Assembly: GCF_006345805.1 (NCBI RefSeq)
Contig: NC_042997.1
Location: forward strand, 211,110,001 to 211,174,000
From: Octopus sinensis
Lineage: Eukaryota
Direction: 5' to 3'
DNA: 64,000 bases
Positions 1 to 11,103 of the stretch are shown here, piece by piece. The notes below the pieces were generated by a model, which saw only the letters and a program-made list of their open reading frames with translations, did not search any database and was not told the origin of the DNA. The translations under genes and the position numbers were made by a program. Position 1 is the first letter of the stretch; each line of letters opens with the position of its first letter.

Positions 1-834
1 TTAGGATGTGCTAGAAACAACAGCCAGATCTCCCTTAAATCACACATTTTCCTCTGAAATTATTAACATTTATTTTTTAACTGAAAATGTTTCACTCACG
101 GGTTTTAAGTGCTTAGTGAAAAGAAAAAGGTCGAAATCATTTCAGACTGGGGTGGCGAGAGGGTGGTAGGATTTTTTAAAAATGTAAATTTTCAAAATTT
201 TCCTTTTTTCTGTGAGAAAATGACTTCCATCATTCTGAAGACTTTGGTAAAAAAACATTGGAAAAAATCCCCGTCAAAACAGAGAGATTCCAACTTGCAT
301 GGGCTGTCTGATCCGAAACTCCATTTTCCCAAAACTCCCCACCTTGCCTCCCTTCCAAAAATTTTACCTACAAATTTCTTTGTAATCATAATCTACACTG
401 TTTGAAAGTTATTTGTATAAAATTTCATTAGAAAATACCTATTTTCCGGAAAGTTCCCTGGGAAAATGTCGGCTCTTGTGAATTTTCAGAAACTCCTCTC
501 CCCAATGCCTCTGAAAATTTTTCCACCAAATCTTTACATAAACTCAGTCTAAAGGATATAAGCGATTATTTGGTGCATTCATTTTTCTGGAGATTATGAG
601 GCAACAAAGTCAGTTGGGGTATCAAACTGTAGTTGTGCCTTTTTTCAATAAAAACTAATGTTAATGGATTAACATTAACTTTCATTACATTTTCAAAGAA
701 TTAATGGATTAATGATTAACAAAGTTAACTTTTTGGTTAACAGATTAATGATTAATGATGTTAACTTTTTGATTAACAGTGTCCACCTCTGGTTTTATGT
801 ATGTATGCTCATGTATATACTTGCATATTTAGAC

Positions 835-1077
835 ATGCGACATGTAAAAAGCACCAACCAATCGTGGCCGTTTGCCAGCCTGCTCTGGCCCTCGTGCCAG
901 CGGCACGTAAAAAACCCACTACACTCATGGAGTGGTTGGCGTTAGAAAGGGCATCCAGCTGTAGAAACACTGTCAAACCAGACTGGAGCCTGGTGCAGCC
1001 TCCATGGCTTACCAGATCCCGGTCGAACCATCCAACCCATGCTAGCATGGAAAACGGACGTTAAACGATGATGATGA
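835..1077 (+). mobile_element. 5'-truncated RTE 3'-UTR tail element, ending in (GAT)n; one of several dozen copies in the window
   Basis: Contains cactacactc..gagtggttggcgttag(g)aagggcatccagctgtagaaac...catgctagcatggaaaacggacgttaaacgatgatgatg. The same sequence terminates the RT-bearing RTE at 34150-37446. Confidence 0.85.
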
Positions 1078-1300
1078 AACTTCTGGAATGTTTTACAGAT
1101 TTTTACAGTTCCACTGATGGACTGGATCTGTAGTCTTTGAATTAGCTTTCTCCTTTCTGGTTTTGAGAAGCCTAATTTCTCAAGATTGGTATTTAGGCAG
1201 TATGTTACATATCCCAGGGTCCCAATAATTACAGGTATAAACCTGAACTTGTAATCTGGATAGAGCAACTGCAATTTTCTTAATAGTGTGTGAAGTTGCA
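1078..1300 (-). pseudogene. C-terminal fragment of an RLE-clade (R4/Dong-like) non-LTR retrotransposon ORF
   Basis: Part of ORF 942..1370(-): LLRKLQLLYPDYKFRFIPVIIGTLGYV...LGF...LQIQSISGTVKICKTF, resembling the 'PVVIGALG...LQK..LLGT.KI' tail of R4-type elements (recalled family pattern). Confidence 0.65.
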
Positions 1301-1652
1301 TGGTCTCATTCGGCTGTTGGGCTGACAATTTCTCAACTCGACGCTTTCCCTCAAATAAGGCGAACTTCATTTCGAGTTTCTCCTGTCTGTTGAGATGAAT
1401 TGTGTTCCAGCTGGATACTTTTGTAATTCTCTCCTTTTCCAGCTGTCACAGATGTTCTACATGGTGAATATTAGGAGAAAAGCGAAGATGTCTTCGTTTG
1501 CCGTCGACTAACAGAAAGAATGAGCGCTAAAAAAATACTAAACACATGGATGGTAGGGGGTGATATATGAAATATTTGGCTGTTATTTCTAGCAAGTGTA
1601 ATGCCTGCATGTGTGGCTGGCTTTGCTTCGTAGTTGTCTCCCTTGCTGTATT

Positions 1653-1870
1653 CTTTTCTACTCTAGGCACAAGACCCCAAATTTTTTGGTGACGGGAGGG
1701 GCAGTCGATTACATCTACCCCAGTGCGCACTGGTACTTAATTTATCGACCCCGAAAGGATGAAAGACAAAGTCGATCTCGGCGGAATTTGAAACTCAGAA
1801 CGTAAAGACAGACGAAATACCGCTAAGCATTTCGCTCAGTGTGCTAACGTTTCTGCCAGCTCGCCGCCTT
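1653..1870 (-). mobile_element. tRNA-derived SINE (family B) with a 16-bp TSD
   Basis: Minus-strand head aaggcggcgagctggcagaaacgttagc..., a B-box-like motif and the core gcctttcatcctttcggggtcgataaa. TSD tctcccttgctgtatt at 1637-1652 and 1871-1886. Confidence 0.9.
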
Positions 1871-2121
1871 TCTCCCTTGCTGTATTGTATGACTGGTATT
1901 GCTGAAAGAATGTGTACTAAAAAATAAAATACTAAACATCTAGATGGTGGAGGTTGATTTATGAAATATTTGGCTGTTATTTCTAGTAAGTGTAACGCCT
2001 GCCTGTGTGGCTGGCTTTGGTTCGTTGTTGTCTCCCTTGCTCTATTGTACGGGTGATGTTGCGGGAAGAATGTTTGCTTAACAAAAAAATATTAAATCCA
2101 TAGACGGTAGTGGGTGATTTA

Positions 2122-2542
2122 ATAAGGTGGCGAGCTGGCAGAAACGTTAGCACGTCGGGCGAAATGCTTAGCGGTATTTCGGCAGCCAGTACGTTCTGGG
2201 TTCAAATTCCGCCGAGGTCGACTTTGCCTTTCATCCTTTCGGGGTCGATAAATTAAGTACCAGTTACGCACTGGGGTCGATATAGTTGACTTAATCTGTT
2301 TGTCTGTCCTTGTTTGTCCCCTCTGTGTTTTAACCCCTTGTGGGTTGTAAAGAAATAGGTATTTCGTCTGCCGCTACGTTCTGAGTTCAAATCCCGCCGA
2401 GGTCGACTTTGCCTTTCATCCTTTCGGGGTCGATAAATTAAGTACCAGTTACGCACTGGGGTCGATGTAATCGACTTAATCCGTTTGTCTGTCCTTACCT
2501 GTCCTCTCTGTTTTTAGGCCCCTTCTGGGTAGTTAAGAAACA
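2122..2542 (+). mobile_element. Head-to-tail SINE-B dimer (full copy plus 5'-truncated copy) within one 16-bp TSD
   Basis: A-box tggcgagctgg, B-box gttcaaatt/gttcaaatc. Second copy starts at ggtatttcg (~2358). TSD ggtagtgggtgattta at 2106-2121 and 2543-2558. Confidence 0.9.
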
Positions 2543-2849
2543 GGTAGTGGGTGATTTACGCAATATTTGGCTGTTATTTCTAGCAAGTGTAACGCCTGCC
2601 CGTGTGTGTGTGTGTGTGTGTGTGTGTGGTGGCTTTGGTTCGTAGTTGTCTCCCTTGCCGTGTTGTAACGAGTGGTGTTGCAGTGAGCATGCGCACTGGT
2701 GTACTCATTGTCAGCGATGCAAGTTGTGAGGCTTCAGCAATAAAACTGGCGATGGAGACGTGAAGAAGGCTCTCTCACCTCTTTAACCTCTTCTACTGCA
2801 CAAACAGACATTGAGCAAACCCTTCCAGCAACTGGTGTTGTCTGTCTAC

Positions 2850-3050
2850 CCGTGTGTATATATATATATATATACATACACAGCCGTGAATATTGTCGGA
2901 GTATTCTTCCAGGTTAGTGATTTCATTAAAACACACACACACACTATACACAACAACAACAACAACATACACACACATAACACACACACACACACACACA
3001 CACATACAACAACAACAACAACAACACACACACACACACACACACACAAC
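2850..3050. repeat. Compound microsatellite (TA)n/(CA)n/(CAA)n
   Basis: Direct reading; explains the low-complexity ORFs 2793..3164, 2811..3209 and 2846..3052. Confidence 0.95.
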
Positions 3051-3318
3051 AAACTGTTTGCTCTGATTGGCGGCGGCGGCGCCGAGTGGCGCTCTGAGTG
3101 TGGCGCATGGCTTGCTGTGTTGTTTGTGTGTCAGTGTGTCCCGAAACACCAACAGATCAAACACAAGATCATCCTAATCGGCGCTTGTATGCAACATTTA
3201 ATAAGCTAAAGCATATATATACACATATATACATACACATATATGTATTTTCTGCGTAGTGAGATAAAAAAACAACCCCCCAAGGCTGTATAGGTATCAG
3301 AGCATTTCTAGAGAGAAG

Positions 3319-3370
3319 GTCTTACAGCTGTTTCTGTGATGTTAATTAATGATATCCCTTCCTCGGAGAC
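3319..3370 (-). ncRNA. Degenerate type I minimal hammerhead-ribozyme-like motif (Penelope type)
   Basis: Minus strand GTCT-CCGAGGA-A-GGGATAT..ACATCACA-GAAAC-AGCT-GTA-AGAC. Stem I GTCT/AGAC is perfect; core CUGANGA has U4->C; stem III is palindromic ACAGCTGT; cleavage triplet GUA; stem II is imperfect. Confidence 0.6.
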
Positions 3371-3427
3371 GGTGTGAGGGGAGAAATTAAGTCATGGTTA
3401 GTTTCGATCTGATACAAAACAGAGAGT

Positions 3428-3429
3428 AA

Positions 3430-3463
<34 letters not shown>

Positions 3464-3568
3464 GTAAATCTATATATATATATATATATACAGATTTACA
3501 TATATATATATATATACACATATATACATATTCATATATATTTATATGTAAATCTATATATATATATG
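3428..3568. repeat. (TA)n-rich microsatellite tract
   Basis: Direct reading. Confidence 0.95.
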
Positions 3569-4117
3569 AGTCCAGTAAGAGTGGTTCTTGTACTCTGCAG
3601 GAAGAAGCATTGGTGCTGCCTCATTGCAAAGTCGGCAGTCGCGTCATACCAATAATATTTTTGGCCAATTATTTTCCTTTTTTTTCACTGTTTTTTTTAT
3701 TTATTATTTTAATACTTTGAAGACGATAAAAATATTCGTTGAAAAAAAAAAAAAAGAAAAAGAATATCAAAGAAAGAAAGAAAGGAAAGAAGAAGGAAGA
3801 GAAACGAGGAGAATTCTTTGTTCGAATTACGTTTAGTTGTGGAATTAATGGTTTAGATTTAAAATCTATCCAGTTTCAGCGCTTGACATTTATTCTTGTC
3901 TTTCGTTAATGTAATGAAGCAGTTTTTCTCTTCTTTATATACATGTTTGTTTGTGTACACGCACACACACACACGAAGCTGACATCTCTTTAAGACATAT
4001 TTATATCCTTGAAATAATTATATATATATATATATATATATACCGAGATATACATATATACCCACACACACATACATACACATGTGTATATACACACGTT
4101 TTGTTACATATGTGTGC

Positions 4118-4154
<37 letters not shown>

Positions 4155-4714
4155 TACATATATAATGTATGTAGTTATAGTTATATGTTTGTTTTGTTAT
4201 GGTTCGTTCATACTATATATATTTATATATATCATCGTTTTACATTCGCTTTCCATGCTTGCGTGGGTTGGACGGGTTGCTACAGTCAGTCCTGCTTATC
4301 TAAACGGATCAAAGGATCGCATTTCACTCGCGCGTTTCATCGTTGGATTACTTTCTGCGACCCGATGCCTTTCCTGTCAACAACCATTGCGCAGAATGTA
4401 CTCGAGTGCTTCTTTTCGTAACACCAGCCAGAAAGGTGACAAATCGGTGACAGTGCTGTTAAGGGATCTTCACCTCGCTGCATCTTTGCTCGCTCAGCAA
4501 CGTTTTACAGCGCGGGAGTCATGAATGATTGTGACTTGTGATAGACGAGTGATTGAGGTACTCGACATTCCGTGATACGTATGTATGACCAAAATAAGCT
4601 TTGATGTAGATCAGAGAGATTGAGCAATAAGGTTGGTGGTAGCAAGAATGAGAATTAGACGTGCGTTGTATCAGTGAATAGTTACACGAGTGTTGGTTGG
4701 AGTTTCAAATAGGT

Positions 4715-5060
4715 CATCATCATCATCATCATCGTTTAACGTCCGCTTTTCATGCTAGCATGGGTTGGACGGTTCAACTGGGGTCTGGGAAGCCCGAAGG
4801 CTGCACCAGGCTCCCATCAGATCTGGCAGTGTTTCTACAGCTGGATGCCCTTCCTAACGCCAACCACTCCGTGAGTGTAGTGGGTGCTTTTTATGTGCCA
4901 CCGACACTGGCGAATGGCCACGCTCGGATGGTGTTTTTTATGTGCCACCGACACAGGTGCCAGACGAGGCTGGCGAACGGCCACGCTTGGATGGTGTTTT
5001 TTATGTGTCACCGACACAGGTGCCAGACAAGGCTGGCGAACGGCCATGCTCGGTCCAGTG
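4715..5060 (-). mobile_element. RTE 3'-UTR tail element with 2-3 hairpin modules
   Basis: (CAT)n followed by gtttaacgtcc..ggatgcccttcctaacgccaacc and repeated tttttatgtgccaccgacac modules. Confidence 0.85.
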
Positions 5061-6715
5061 ACATATTTTGTTACATTGGAAGAAATGGCGAACAGAGATC
5101 CCCTGCCGTCCCTACTAGTGAAATTGAGAAGAGGAAGGAGTGATTGAGAGAATAGGGGTATGGATTTGAGAGGCATGAGAGATAAAAAGCATTGACCATG
5201 GTAAGAAGAATGAAAGGTAGAGATGATAGAGGTGTTATAGATGAGGGACTGTCAGTGAAGCCTTTGATGTAGATGTGATACTATATATATCATCATCATC
5301 ATTCTTTAACGTTTGTTTTCCATGCTGGCATGGGTTGGATGGTTTGACAGGAGTAGCAAGTCAGAGGGTTGCACCAGCTCTAAGTGTTTGTTCTGGCATG
5401 GTTTGTATTGCTGGATTCCCTTCCAAATGCCAGCCACTTTACAGTGTGTCCTGGGTGCATTTTATGCAGCATCGGTTCTTTTTACAAGGTACCAGCACTC
5501 ATGCTTTTTATGTGGTACTAGCACTGACAGGGTCACTGAGTACCTTGCAAGACAAAAGCTCCCTTTAAAAACTGGGAGTAGGGATTAGTATTGAGGCATG
5601 GGTGGTATTGTGCCAGTTGGTGAGAAGTTAAAGGTAGAGAGGGACAGAGGACTGTGCCCTGTTATGGAGTAGATACATGAAATGCTCGAGAGTAAATGGT
5701 ACGGAAACAACTGGCGCTCGGTCGGTTATGACGAGTGTTCCGGTTCATCTGCACAGTTCATGAAATTCATGCACAAGTGGCTGAGCGCTCCACAGAAATA
5801 TATGTCATCTTTATGTAGTTCTTGGAGAGATTCAGTGTGTTGCAGAGTGTGACAAGGATGGCCCCTTTGAAATACATTTTTGCCAGCTGAGTGGACTGGA
5901 ACAACAGGTAACATGAGAACAGGTGTAACAGCCCTATAACTAAACCCCCTTTACATCCTAAACAATCCAGATTAAGCTAACAAGCAAATACTCTGCACAT
6001 ATCTAACTTCCATAAACCCACATGGGTCAGATGAGTGCTGATGAAGGGCAACCCCCCCTCCTTCTCCCAAAGGGTAATGGCATATGCACTCATTAGCCAT
6101 CTCGATACAAAATGTAGCAAAAATCAATGCTGGCTACAATTTCTGTAGAAATGATGTAAAGATCACTGCTAACACAGTAGAATGTGGTGTTGGCCTATAA
6201 AAACATAGAATATACGTTACAGTATAATATTATGGTTGCATAATGAAGTACCACGTACCTACAAATCATTAACATGGTAAACTATGCACTAATTAGCCTC
6301 CAAGCCTATCATTATAACAAACTTTATAATTACCAGAACCCCTTCCACTAAATACAGAATTAACCTCCAATAACACAATCTCTCTTATCAGCATTACTAA
6401 TTACAACAAACTGCAACAAATAAGAGACTCGGTGAAGGATCTGCAGCTAGAACTGAACCAGAAGCAGATTAAAACTAAAGTAAAGAAATATCTGTAGCTG
6501 TAAGGAGTGGTGCAGCCATACATGGGCAGAAAATGTCAACAATAGAATGAGACTGTACCGACACTTAAGAAGTGATATCTTACATTGCACAAAAAAGGGG
6601 GAGTCTGCATTGTTGCTTGACATGCTGGAATAAATACTAAAACGTCCTTCAAATAGCATCTTGAAGGTAGGACACATTGGATAATGTAAACCTGCTGAAT
6701 GGCGGCCTCGTATTT

Positions 6716-7465
6716 TCCGATGCCAGCGCCGCCCCGACTGGCTTCTGTGCCAGTGGGACATGAAAAGCAGCATCCAAACGTGGCCGATGCCAGCGCCGCC
6801 TTCACTGGCTTCTGTGCCGGTGGTACATGAAAAGCACCATCCGAACGTGGCCATTGCCAGCGCCGCCCCGACTGGCTTCTGTGCCGGTGGCACATGAAAA
6901 GCACCATCCGAACGTGGCCATTGCCAGTGCCGCCCCGACTGGCTTCTGTGCCGGTGGCACATGAAAAGCACCATCCGAACGTGGCCGTTGCCAGTGCCGC
7001 CTTCACTGGCTTCTGTGCCGGTGGCACATGAAAAGCACCATCTGAACGTGGCCATTGCCAGCGCCGCCCCGACTGGCTTCTGTGCCGGTGGCACATGAAA
7101 AGCACCATCCGAACGTGGCCATTGCCAGTGCCGCCCCGACTGGCTTCTGTGCCGGTGGCACATGAAAAGCACCATCCGAACATGGCCGTTGCCAGCACCG
7201 CCTTGGCTGGCTTCCGTGCCAGTGGCACGTTAAAAGCTCCAACCGATCGTGACCAATGCCGGACCCCCCTGGCACCTGTGCAGGTGGCACGTAAAAAGCA
7301 CCCACTACACTCACGGAGTGGTTGGCGTTAGGAAGGGCATCCAGCCATAGAAACACTGCCAGATCAGACTGGTGCCTGATGCAGCCTCCTGGCTTCTCAG
7401 ACCCCAGTCGAACCATCCAATCCATTCTAGCATGGAAAATGGACGTTAAATGATGATGATGATGA
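6716..7465 (+). repeat. RTE 3'-UTR tail carrying an expanded 67-bp tandem array (7 near-identical units plus diverged ones)
   Basis: The gcaccatccgaac motif (or close variant) recurs at 6767, 6834, 6901, 6968, 7035, 7102 and 7169 (period 67), then the standard tail ends in (GAT)n at ~7465. Confidence 0.92.
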
Positions 7466-7539
7466 CTGGGCATGTTTGACGACAGCCCAGTATTTACCCT
7501 GGTGTACATGGGGGCCATAGAATTGGTTCTCGAAAAGAA

Positions 7540-7711
7540 GAGGGAACAAGGCTACTGTGATGCAAATAATCTATTGATCTGCAACACCAACTTCAGGAAG
7601 CCAGCCAGCAACCTGATAACCTACCAATCAGGTGGTTATGCTAGCCAGATTGGTTACATTCTCACCAGGGAGCGGAATGTATGGTTGCTCTAAATACAAA
7701 GACCCTCTCAG
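7540..7711 (+). pseudogene. RTE LINE AP-endonuclease fragment (left part)
   Basis: CDANNLLICNTNFRKPASNLITYQSGGYASQIGYIL matches the APE 'NT.F.K...TY.SG...SQIDYIL' pattern; it continues at 9514 after the DNA transposon. Confidence 0.85.
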
Positions 7712-9508
7712 CACATTGTGCCCAGAGTGGGAATTTATCATTTTTGGAAGTTTTCCCCCTGATGTTTAAAATGCATATTTTCTGGTTCTCTAAACTCGAG
7801 ATTACAAAGCAAAAAACTTGAGTTTAAAATAATGTCTGGTTCAATTTTTCTAGCTCTTTAAAGTCAGCCAATTTAACGAAATTTACATTTTTTTTTGAGT
7901 ATTTTATGATCAAACATTTTCTTTCACAAAAAAGATTTTTAACCTCTGTTTGAACTTATTTAGAAGTATTTTTTATTGTCTTTCAGTCAAGCCACAGTTT
8001 AGAGTGCATAGGCCAACATAAATTTGAGAAAATAGGGGATGCATTAGAAATATCCAAATTTTTGGTAAAACCCCCTCAAATTTGATAATTTTTTTAAAAA
8101 GGACAAATTTTGACATATTAAGGGTTGACATATTTGACATCCTTAACATTTATATGTAAACTGTGGGAAAAAAAAATCAATTCAAAGGAGTTAAGAGAGC
8201 ATACAGAAAGTATAATTCCAATTTGGGTACCAAACATCAAAACCAACCAAAATTGGGTCAAATTGGTAATTATTGACCCCAACGTGATTAAACAGGTATG
8301 AAAACAGGAAACATAAAATGGACTCAAAACCTAATAACTTTCTTGAAATAATTGATCTTAAATGCATTTTTTTTAGTATTTAACCTATTTTATGGGGTAA
8401 AAATCTGATTAGGAAGGTGAGATTCTGGCTTGGAGGATTTTGCTCTGCTTACACTGAAATTGAAGAAGGGCTGAAATACGAGATAACAAAACGAAAGTAT
8501 TCTCAACACATCCCTGGATTGAAACTTTACCATAGTCTACCCCACCTCACATCATCCTCATCATCGTTTAACGTCCGTTTTCCATGCTGGCATGGTTTGG
8601 ATGGTTCAACTGGGGTCTGGGAAGCCAGGAGTCTGCACCAGGCTCCAGTCTCATCTGGCAGTGTTTCTACAGCTGGATGCCCTTCCTAATGCCAACCACT
8701 CCGTGAGTGTAGTGGGTGCCTTTACGTGCCAGGCGAGGCTGGCAATGGCCATGATCGGTTGGTGGTTTTTACGTGCCACCGACACAGAAGCCAGTCAAGC
8801 CGGCGCTGACATCGGCTACATACGGATGGTGCTTTTTAGGTGCCAGGGTAGGCTGGTAATGGCCATGATCGGTTGGTTCTTTTTACGTGCCACCGGCACG
8901 GAAGCCAGTCAAGGCAGCACCACACCTCACCACAAAGGAAAATACAATCAATCTCCCCTATGATTCACAAAGAAAATCCGAATCATTTGCACTAAATTGT
9001 GAAAACTGATCACTTATTATTCACAACAAATATTAAAGCGACAATGTCAAACAATAAATATGCGTAATATGGGCCCAGTCAGTGATTCGATTCTTGATTG
9101 TTCTTCTGTCAAAGCAGACACCTTCTTATGTTTTGAAGAGATGGGCTGTGTGACCAACTTCACCACAAACAGAATAACTTGGGCTGGGACATTCCAAAGC
9201 AGTTGCTGGATGCAACATGATGGACATTCTTCTGAAGATGTCATGGGTGTTATCTTTGATTGAAAGTTGGCGAGATCTTGCAGATAATCGTTTTTAACCA
9301 CAATACACCAAAAAGGCAATTTTGGTCAGTATGCCCTGATTTTGTTAATCCAAATCCCCATAGACAAAAAAACCCAATTAATCTTGGTTCCAGCTGATAG
9401 CCCTTAAAATTGTGGTTTAAATAAGCCCTCAACCACTATCCGGTGATTATTTTAACCTAAGATATGATTTTTTTTTTCCCCCGAAATAGCCAATCTGGGC
9501 ACAATGTG
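7712..9508. mobile_element. Non-autonomous DNA transposon with a Transib/RAG-like end signature
   Basis: TIRs CACATTGTGCCCAGAGTGG (7712-7730) and, on the reverse strand, CACATTGTGCCCAGATTGG (9508-9490). 5-bp TSD CTCAG (7707-7711) / CTCTG (9509-9513). Excision restores the RTE EN reading KTLSGEECIPQHRL. No transposase ORF is visible. Confidence 0.75.
8551..8922 (-). mobile_element. RTE tail element nested in the Transib-like element, 8-bp TSD
   Basis: TSD cacctcac at 8543-8550 and 8923-8930; standard tail sequence between them. Confidence 0.85.
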
Positions 9509-9513
9509 CTCTG

Positions 9514-10225
9514 GTGAAGAATGTATCCCTCAGCATAGACTAGACGTTAGTGACTTCAGACTCCAGGCCAGAAGGATGCCGAGAAGCAGGCCAAATCTGG
9601 AAAAGGTTTCAGAAGCTTATATATACTTCATAAATTTGGGGACATCCTAATTGAAAAATTTGGTGAGAGGGAGGTGGAGTTACAAAATTGTGACATTAGA
9701 GGGCAATTGAGAATTCCTGCAGGACAACTTGCTAAGTGCCACAGACCAAATCTGTGGGTGGTGCAAAGTCCCAACCAGAGCTTGGGTAATGTAGTGGTGA
9801 AACAATACTGTAGACAGGGCTATTAGAGCATAGAAACAGATCTGGAAAACCTGGGGAGCTGTATCAGATCGCCAGAAGGGAAGCTAGGAGACAGGTATAT
9901 CTAGCCAAGGGAGAAGCAGAAAAGAGGAAGTTTGCCTATGTTTAGTGATGCAAGGACCAAAGAACAGTGTGCAAGAGAAAATTGTGATGTCATAGGAGAG
10001 AAATGTGTCTGCATGGATGATAGTGCAGCTGCATTTAATGATTCTGCCAAGAAAGAGGCTTGCAGATGCCATTATGATAGACTGCTGAATGTGGAGAATG
10101 AATGGGAAGAGGAGAGTTTGCCAAAGGTTGACCCAATTGAGGGACAAGCTACCCGAATTGATAGTACCTTGGTAGATAAAGCAATTGACAGGGAAAGCCT
10201 CCAGCCTATCAGGAATCACTGCTAA
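9514..10225 (+). pseudogene. RTE LINE endonuclease C-terminus and linker toward the RT
   Basis: GEECIPQHRL at the start; ORF 9932..10225 HYDRLLNVENEWEEESLPKVDPIEG..LVDKAI; a shifted frame gives TGKASSLSGITA (KTGKAPGPSGI motif). Confidence 0.85.
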
Positions 10226-11103
10226 AGTGGATCTTTTTTTCTTCAAAGCTTGGTTCAAACGCTCTAATTGCTGACAGTAGACTTGAGCATTGATTGTTGC
10301 ATTAGGTGGTAACAATTCAAAGTGAATTACTCCTTTGCAATCCCACCAGATAGAGAGAAGAACCTTTTTTTCCCATGAAGTTCCCTTTCCGGTTGTGGTT
10401 GAGCTTTTTCCTTTTTACCAATCCACTGTTTACGACATTTAACATTTCGAAAGAAGATCCATTTTTCATCACCAGTCACAAGTCTATCCAAAAAGGGTGA
10501 AATGAGTTTGCGAGAATGGAGAGAAGAGCAGATGTCAACTCAGGATTTGTGGTTGCTTTTGGACAATTCATGAGGTACCCATTTTCCAAGTTTAGGAACC
10601 TTTCCAAGTTGTTGAAGATGATGATAAACAGTTGTATGGTTTGAACTAAGCTTTATTGCCAATTCTTCAACTGATAATGCAGGATTTTCTTCAAGTAATG
10701 CCTCAAGGAGCTTATCATCAAACTCAACTGGACGTCCTGTTCGATCTTCATCTTCAATGCTGAAATCTCCACTTCTGAATTTTGCAAACCATCTTCTACA
10801 AGTTCTTTCATTCAAGCATTCTTTCCCATAAACTGAGTGTATGTTTTGAGTCGCTTCTGCTGCAGAGTTTCCCTTTTTTGTACTCATAAAGCATTATGTG
10901 CCTTAAATGCTCTTTGGATACTTCCATAGGATTTTAATCAAAGAAATTTTAATTCTATTCTGTAAAACAATTTTTTATTAGTTTAAATATATAGAAATGT
11001 ATAAAAATAATTTTTAATTCCATTAGACATTCTAAAATACTATTAAATTTCATTCAATTTTAAAAAAGGTAAAATCGGACAGAACTTATGGGTTGACCTG
11101 ATA
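10221..11103 (-). mobile_element. Mariner transposon remnant (5' TIR plus 3'-truncated, frameshifted transposase)
   Basis: TIR-like tatcaggtcaacccataagttctgtccga at 11103-11075. Protein MEVSKEHLRHIMLYEYKKG/NSAAEAT..CRRWFAKF..GRP..WVPHEL..VTGDEKW..LLPPNATINAQVYCQQL, with a frameshift at ~10875 and a stop at 10540. Confidence 0.92.

Larger units (their letters stand above)
1528..2700. repeat. Three diverged tandem copies of a ~170-bp unit, interrupted by SINEs
   Basis: aatatttggctgttatttctag(c)aagtgtaa(c/t)gcctgc..gtgtggctggctttg.ttcgt.gttgtctcccttgc recurs at ~1572, ~1965 and ~2563. Confidence 0.8.

Noticed and set aside
650-790. Possible hAT-like transposon end (gttaac-rich repeats ending gtccacctctg)
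   Set aside because: No matching opposite terminus or TSD found in the window.
1420-1520. Possible exon after a polypyrimidine-CAG acceptor at ~1442
   Set aside because: All three frames stop within about 23 codons; no recognisable product.
2793-4524. Long ORFs rich in YI/HT/CV
   Set aside because: These are translations of TA/CA microsatellites; the same applies to similar ORFs throughout the window.
6716-7300. CRISPR-like appearance of the 67-bp array
   Set aside because: No unique spacers, no cas genes, eukaryotic context.
6447-7518. 230-242 aa repetitive ORFs
   Set aside because: By-product of a stop-free 67-bp array with a 201-bp period; no protein features.
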